DNA of 30,389 bases. Origin: a virus. Its lineage: Duplodnaviria > Caudoviricetes. Where the stretch lies: the IMG/VR virus record IMGVR_UViG_3300012267_000019, positions 1-30,389 of that record; one strand, given 5' to 3'. Shown piece by piece: positions 26,486 through 30,389 of this stretch (the stretch's first letter is position 1; the number at the start of each line of letters is the position of its first letter). Both the position numbers and the translations under genes were made by a program. A model generated the notes under the pieces. That model saw only the letters and a list, made by a program, of their open reading frames with translations. It made no database searches and was not told the origin of the DNA.

Positions 26486-26896
26486 TTATTGCTTGCGGAT
26501 GTTGATTGCTACGCGGGTGTCTGTTGAAATGCCAGGAGGTACCTGACCGTTGTTTGCTTCCATGTACTCTTTGACTGACTTAGCGCTCACTCGGTGTTCC
26601 AGTAGGTCTACCTCCCCTGTCTTAGCGATGTACTCTGACGTGGCCAACCAGTCCCCGATGGATGCACGCAAGGACTCGGACTTGAACACGGTGTAGCGGT
26701 TGTCGATACCCATGTTGTTGAGGCGGTGGTCTTTCAGGTGCTTCAGCAACCACCTCTCGCCACGCTCCCACTTCTCCCGGAGCTTGCTGTCTTCCAACTC
26801 GTACTGCTTCTTCAGTTCTTTCCGGGCGTCCCGGATTTCCACCATTGCATCCACTACGTCTGCGGGCTCTATGGCCCGCTGCTCTTGCTCGCTCAT
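26486..26896 (-). CDS. Phage hypothetical protein (N-terminal coiled coil)
   Basis: 136 aa with AGGAG RBS; pattern DW....YI......DLLE.RVS...VKEY.......PPG of the kind found next to SSB-like genes. Confidence 0.75.
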   Translation of the reverse strand: MSEQEQRAIEPADVVDAMVEIRDARKELKKQYELEDSKLREKWERGERWLLKHLKDHRLNNMGIDNRYTVFKSESLRASIGDWLATSEYIAKTGEVDLLEHRVSAKSVKEYMEANNGQVPPGISTDTRVAINIRKQ

Positions 26897-26932
26897 GGTC
26901 GTTCTCCTAGTGGTCGGTAGCCAACAGTACCT

Positions 26933-26961
26933 ATTGTATACACTGTTGCAGGTTATGTCAA
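26933..26961 (-). promoter_or_regulatory. Sigma70-type promoter TTGACA-N17-TACAAT
   Basis: Minus strand: TTGACA (26961-26956), 17-nt spacer, TACAAT (26938-26933), upstream of the RBS and ATG at 26896. Confidence 0.8.
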
Positions 26962-28521
26962 GTCCTTCGCTTGACGATAGAGGTCGAGCACGCTGTTCTG
27001 CATTACTTGCCTACTCCTCAACGCCTTGTACAGCTCGTACTCCAATTTGCTGGCGGCGATCATGCTGATCGTCATGCTGAACAGTTGGCCGGGTCGGTCC
27101 ATCCGGTTATTAGCCTGCTCGAATATCTCCAGGGAGTAAATCGGCGCGTACCATATCGTGTGGTCCGCCGCCGTCAGCGTCAGCCCGTGGGCCGTGGTCT
27201 TCGGGTGGGCCAGCAACACGTGCGGGTCAGGGCTGTTCTGGAAGTCGTGGAAAATCTGCTTGCGCTCTCCAGGGGAGACGCTGCCGTCCACTACCGCTAC
27301 TGTCCAGCGCTTCTCCAGATGCCTGCGTACTTGGTTGAGCGCAGCGGTGAACGGTACGAACACGATAACTTTCTGGTTGCTCTCCTCTACCAGCTCCTCA
27401 AGAACCTTCAATCTGTAACTCGCGTCTATCTCAAAGGGTATGCCGAACTCGTCATAGACAGCACCTGTCGTAACCTGCAACAGCTTGAGGAGCTTGACCG
27501 CTGCGTTCTGTGCGGTTATCTCCGTGCCTACCTTGCCCACCTGCATGACGAGGTTCTTGTGCATGGCCTTGTAGTGCTTGGTCTGTTCCTTGGTAAGCGC
27601 TGACCTCCGCAGTTGGAACGATACCGGGGGGAGGTACTTCATAACGTCTGACTTACGGAACCTAATACCTGGCTGCAATACTTCGTAGGCAGTCTTGTAT
27701 GCGTCCGGCTTAGGCACCCACTTGTACTGTGTTATCTGGTTCATGGTCTGTTGCTTGAACCCACTGAAATACTTGGGGGCCTTCGGGCTGTTTATCAGCC
27801 TGGCCAAAGCCCACGCATCAGTTGGCGAAGCAGGACATGGGGTACCCGTTATCAGCCACAACCTTGCGCTGGCAGGTATTAGCTTCTTCAGTCGCTTATA
27901 CCTGTTGGTCTGCGAGTTACGGTAAGCGGCTGCCTCGTCTATCATCCACAGGTCTATGTCACTGCGACTACTTAGGTCCTCCTCTATGACGCTCAACCCG
28001 TCGTGGTTGATGATGTAGAAGTCCACGCTAGTATCAGCAAGCAGGGCTTTACGTCGCTCTCGGGACCCGTGCAGGACCACGCACTTCCTCTTGAACAGTA
28101 AGTGCGTGTTGATCTCGTTCGCCCATACGCTGTGTATCGTGGACAGTGGACACGCTATGATTACCTTGTTCACCAGCCCCTCGTCCATGAGGAAATCCGC
28201 TGCCCATAGCGCGGATAACGTCTTACCTGTCCCCATGTCGTTAAGGCATATACACCTAGGGTTAAGTGTCAGGAATGACGACGTTGCTACTTGGTGGGGG
28301 AACGGAGAGAGCTTCCCCTGCCACTGGTAGTGGTTCTCTATTGGGCTAGGCGGGGAGAAGCCTATATTCCGTAGCACCTTAACTTCGTCAACGCCGTGGT
28401 ACACCTGCGTGTAGTCCATTCCGTCATGGGTCACCACTTTGGACTTGGGTATCACTTCAGTGATTACCCTCGGGTCCGGTACATTGAAAATCAGGGACCT
28501 CGACTTCTCATGGACTATCAT
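26953..28521 (-). CDS. SNF2-family (SF2) helicase
   Basis: PFPHQ Q-motif, DMGTGKT, IDEAA, ITGTP, GLTLTAA and EQANNRMDRPGQ. Confidence 0.92.
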   Translation of the reverse strand: MIVHEKSRSLIFNVPDPRVITEVIPKSKVVTHDGMDYTQVYHGVDEVKVLRNIGFSPPSPIENHYQWQGKLSPFPHQVATSSFLTLNPRCICLNDMGTGKTLSALWAADFLMDEGLVNKVIIACPLSTIHSVWANEINTHLLFKRKCVVLHGSRERRKALLADTSVDFYIINHDGLSVIEEDLSSRSDIDLWMIDEAAAYRNSQTNRYKRLKKLIPASARLWLITGTPCPASPTDAWALARLINSPKAPKYFSGFKQQTMNQITQYKWVPKPDAYKTAYEVLQPGIRFRKSDVMKYLPPVSFQLRRSALTKEQTKHYKAMHKNLVMQVGKVGTEITAQNAAVKLLKLLQVTTGAVYDEFGIPFEIDASYRLKVLEELVEESNQKVIVFVPFTAALNQVRRHLEKRWTVAVVDGSVSPGERKQIFHDFQNSPDPHVLLAHPKTTAHGLTLTAADHTIWYAPIYSLEIFEQANNRMDRPGQLFSMTISMIAASKLEYELYKALRSRQVMQNSVLDLYRQAKDLT

Positions 28522-28735
28522 CGGCGGGCTCCCTCACCTTGGCCAGCTTCCGCTGACACGCCACGCAGTTGTCGTCTGCGGTGTCGAACTTGGGGTCATC
28601 CGAGTTCTCGTCAAAGCTCCCACCGAGCATGGCGTACTTGCCGCACAGGCTCCGTCCGTTCTCCGCGTAGTAGTGCCACTTGTGGTTAGCGTTGGCGAAC
28701 GGCGGTTTCCACCATCCTCTGTTTCTCGTACTCAT
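28508..28735 (-). CDS. Small putative metal-binding hypothetical protein
   Basis: 75 aa with WHYY...SLCGK...CVAC; GAGGAG RBS; TAATG coupling with the upstream gene. Confidence 0.65.
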   Translation of the reverse strand: MSTRNRGWWKPPFANANHKWHYYAENGRSLCGKYAMLGGSFDENSDDPKFDTADDNCVACQRKLAKVREPADDSP

Positions 28736-29115
28736 TACTTGTACTCCTCTATTCTCCAGTCTGCGTAGAGGGAGCCGTCGTATACAGCGGTCACCCAGTC
28801 CACGATGAACTGACTTGACTTGTTCTGTAGCAACGTCTTGACCAGTGTCTCGAACGCTTCCAGGTTGCCTTCGTACACCACCACGGATACTCCACCAGAC
28901 TCCCTGATCTTACGAAGCTGAACCTTCTGCAACTCCGTGGGTTTGCCCTGTCCTGCCTTGGCCTCGATGCCAAAGAACACGCCGCCCACGCTGGCCAGTA
29001 TGTCAGGCGTGCCGTTCTGTGCCATCCCCTGCATTACTGGCAGTGCGTAGTAACAGTTGTACTTCTTCAGTATCGCCTTGATCTTGTTCTTCACCTTTAC
29101 TTCTGGAGTTGCCAT
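28735..29115 (-). CDS. VRR-NUC domain nuclease (Holliday-junction resolvase-like)
   Basis: TPE.KVK..IK, GTPDIL, FFGIEAKA, PTELQ and I..SGG; ATG at 29115 with GGAGG at 29128-29124. Confidence 0.88.
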   Translation of the reverse strand: MATPEVKVKNKIKAILKKYNCYYALPVMQGMAQNGTPDILASVGGVFFGIEAKAGQGKPTELQKVQLRKIRESGGVSVVVYEGNLEAFETLVKTLLQNKSSQFIVDWVTAVYDGSLYADWRIEEYK

Positions 29116-29614
29116 AAGTCTTACCTCCTCCAACTCTCATGTGATCGTAGTCTCCTCGCTTGTACTTAGCTCTGCGAGTTAGCGATATTCTCAGACCCCT
29201 GCTTCGAGTGGCATTTTCGTGCGCTTGATTGTGTACCTCTCGTTCTTCAGGGGTTCCGTCCTTCATCTTGGCCACTCGCTTACCCAGGGTAGACCTAGCC
29301 AGCTTGATCCCCTTCACATTCTCCAGGTAGTCACGCACTAGGCTTATATTCATCTTCCTGTCCAGTACGCAGTATTGCAGCGTAGCGAATATCTCTCCCT
29401 CCCTGTCTTTGTACTTAATGCGGTGGGTCTCGCTGTTACTCCAGCTAGTCAGCGCCAGGTCCGTGGCCTCACGGTGGGCAGCTCTCCATGTCCGGCCCGG
29501 TAGTTGCTTGACAATCTCTTTATACGGAGTAGGCGGGCTTTTCTGCCTCTCCCGTATGAGGAGGTCCTTCTCCCACATTGCCCACGGTGTACCTACGCTT
29601 CCGTTCCACGGCAT
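29003..29614 (-). CDS. Hypothetical protein with N-terminal Myb/SANT-like HTH motif
   Basis: GGAGG RBS; PWAMWEKDLL...YKEIVKQLPGRTWRA; the 3' end overlaps the VRR-NUC gene by 113 nt. Confidence 0.6.
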   Translation of the reverse strand: MPWNGSVGTPWAMWEKDLLIRERQKSPPTPYKEIVKQLPGRTWRAAHREATDLALTSWSNSETHRIKYKDREGEIFATLQYCVLDRKMNISLVRDYLENVKGIKLARSTLGKRVAKMKDGTPEEREVHNQAHENATRSRGLRISLTRRAKYKRGDYDHMRVGGGKTYGNSRSKGEEQDQGDTEEVQLLLRTASNAGDGTERHA

Positions 29615-29667
29615 GGCTTAGTCCTCCAAGACACAAGTGGTCTGTTACTGCTTTTAACGGCCACCTC

Positions 29668-29865
29668 CTACCAGTCGAATGAGTCTTCCAGTAGGACGCA
29701 ATTAAACTGTACGCGCTCTACGTCTTCCATCTCATGCAGCTCCATGCCCTTTGACCGGGCAACCTCTACGCAGCCCACGTTAGTGTGGGCTACTTCATCT
29801 GAGCTAAACGCTTGATACGTGCCGTCAGTGAACGTTACAAGTAAAACTGTGATAAACAAGTTCAT
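29668..29865 (-). CDS. Small hypothetical protein with hydrophobic N-terminus and two Cys
   Basis: ATG at 29865 with GGAGGT RBS; 65 aa starting MNLFITVLLVTF. Confidence 0.6.
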   Translation of the reverse strand: MNLFITVLLVTFTDGTYQAFSSDEVAHTNVGCVEVARSKGMELHEMEDVERVQFNCVLLEDSFDW

Positions 29866-29867
29866 GA

Positions 29868-30389
29868 TTACCTCCTCGGTCTCTTGGGTTTCCAATGTTC
29901 ACACCACTTTACCTCGCACCACCCGTTGCACAGCCCCGACTTCTTAGGCGGGAACACACCCAACTCGTGGGCTTCCAGTATGGTGGTGTACTTGCTCACC
30001 CACATGGCCAGTATCTGATCGAACTGATCCTTGGTGAACGTAGCGGGAGGGGACAGCGTGCCTTCCTTCAGCCATACGAACCCCGTCCTTACTTGCTCCA
30101 CAGTAGGGTAGAGGCAGAACACCAACAGCGCGTAGAACATGAGCTGCTTGGGGTCGTCCTTAACCTTACCCGTCTTCCAATCTAGTACGATGGCCTCGCC
30201 GCTGCGCAACACCGTCACGTCTAGCTTGGCCCTGATCCACACGTCGCCGTCGAAGTACCCCGTCTCCAGCAGGTATGGGTTAATGGCGATCTGCCGCTCC
30301 GCTATAACCTGTTGAGCGTCAGGCCACTTGCGTTTAATAGCGTCCGCGTACTTCTGGTACATGGCCACGTTGGCAGGGAGGGGGGTGCC
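29868..30389 (-). CDS. Cas4-like PD-(D/E)XK exonuclease, 5'-truncated
   Basis: Frame open to the window edge; E..IA, RAKLDV, IVLDWKTGK, QLMFYA and a C-terminal Cys cluster LCNGWCEVKWC. Confidence 0.85.
   Translation of the reverse strand, partial: GTPLPANVAMYQKYADAIKRKWPDAQQVIAERQIAINPYLLETGYFDGDVWIRAKLDVTVLRSGEAIVLDWKTGKVKDDPKQLMFYALLVFCLYPTVEQVRTGFVWLKEGTLSPPATFTKDQFDQILAMWVSKYTTILEAHELGVFPPKKSGLCNGWCEVKWCEHWKPKRPRR

Noticed and set aside
1-30389. Stop-codon reassignment, tRNA genes or introns
   Set aside because: Genes tile densely under the standard code with TAA, TGA and TAG stops, and intergenic gaps are too short for such elements.
1-30389. Apparent abundance of GTAC/CGTACG words
   Set aside because: An impression only; it cannot be supported without k-mer counts against a codon-aware null.

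Overview
About 30 kb of a tailed dsDNA bacteriophage genome, probably podovirus-like, in two convergent arms. The + arm (1-21584) is morphogenetic. It carries a putative scaffold (5' truncated), an N4-gp56-type major capsid protein, an adaptor-like protein, and probable ejection proteins, including a 2205-aa polyvalent-type protein with HExxH and PLxRFG-like motifs. It continues with a holin/GH108 endolysin cassette and five probable tail or virion genes. The - arm (21624-30389) is for replication: Cas4-like exonuclease (truncated), Myb-like protein, VRR-NUC nuclease, SNF2 helicase, SSB-like protein, HTH protein, DUF927-type primase-helicase and a Lar-like protein. No integrase, terminase, portal, DNA/RNA polymerase, parA or parB is recognisable in the window. 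The main unexpected signal is a perfect bacterial chromosomal parS palindrome (TGTTTCACGTGAAACA, 21585-21600) where the two arms meet, plus a 1-mismatch copy (13273-13288) inside a virion gene. This suggests the phage may recruit the host ParB/SMC system. All family assignments come from motif recognition by eye, not database searches.
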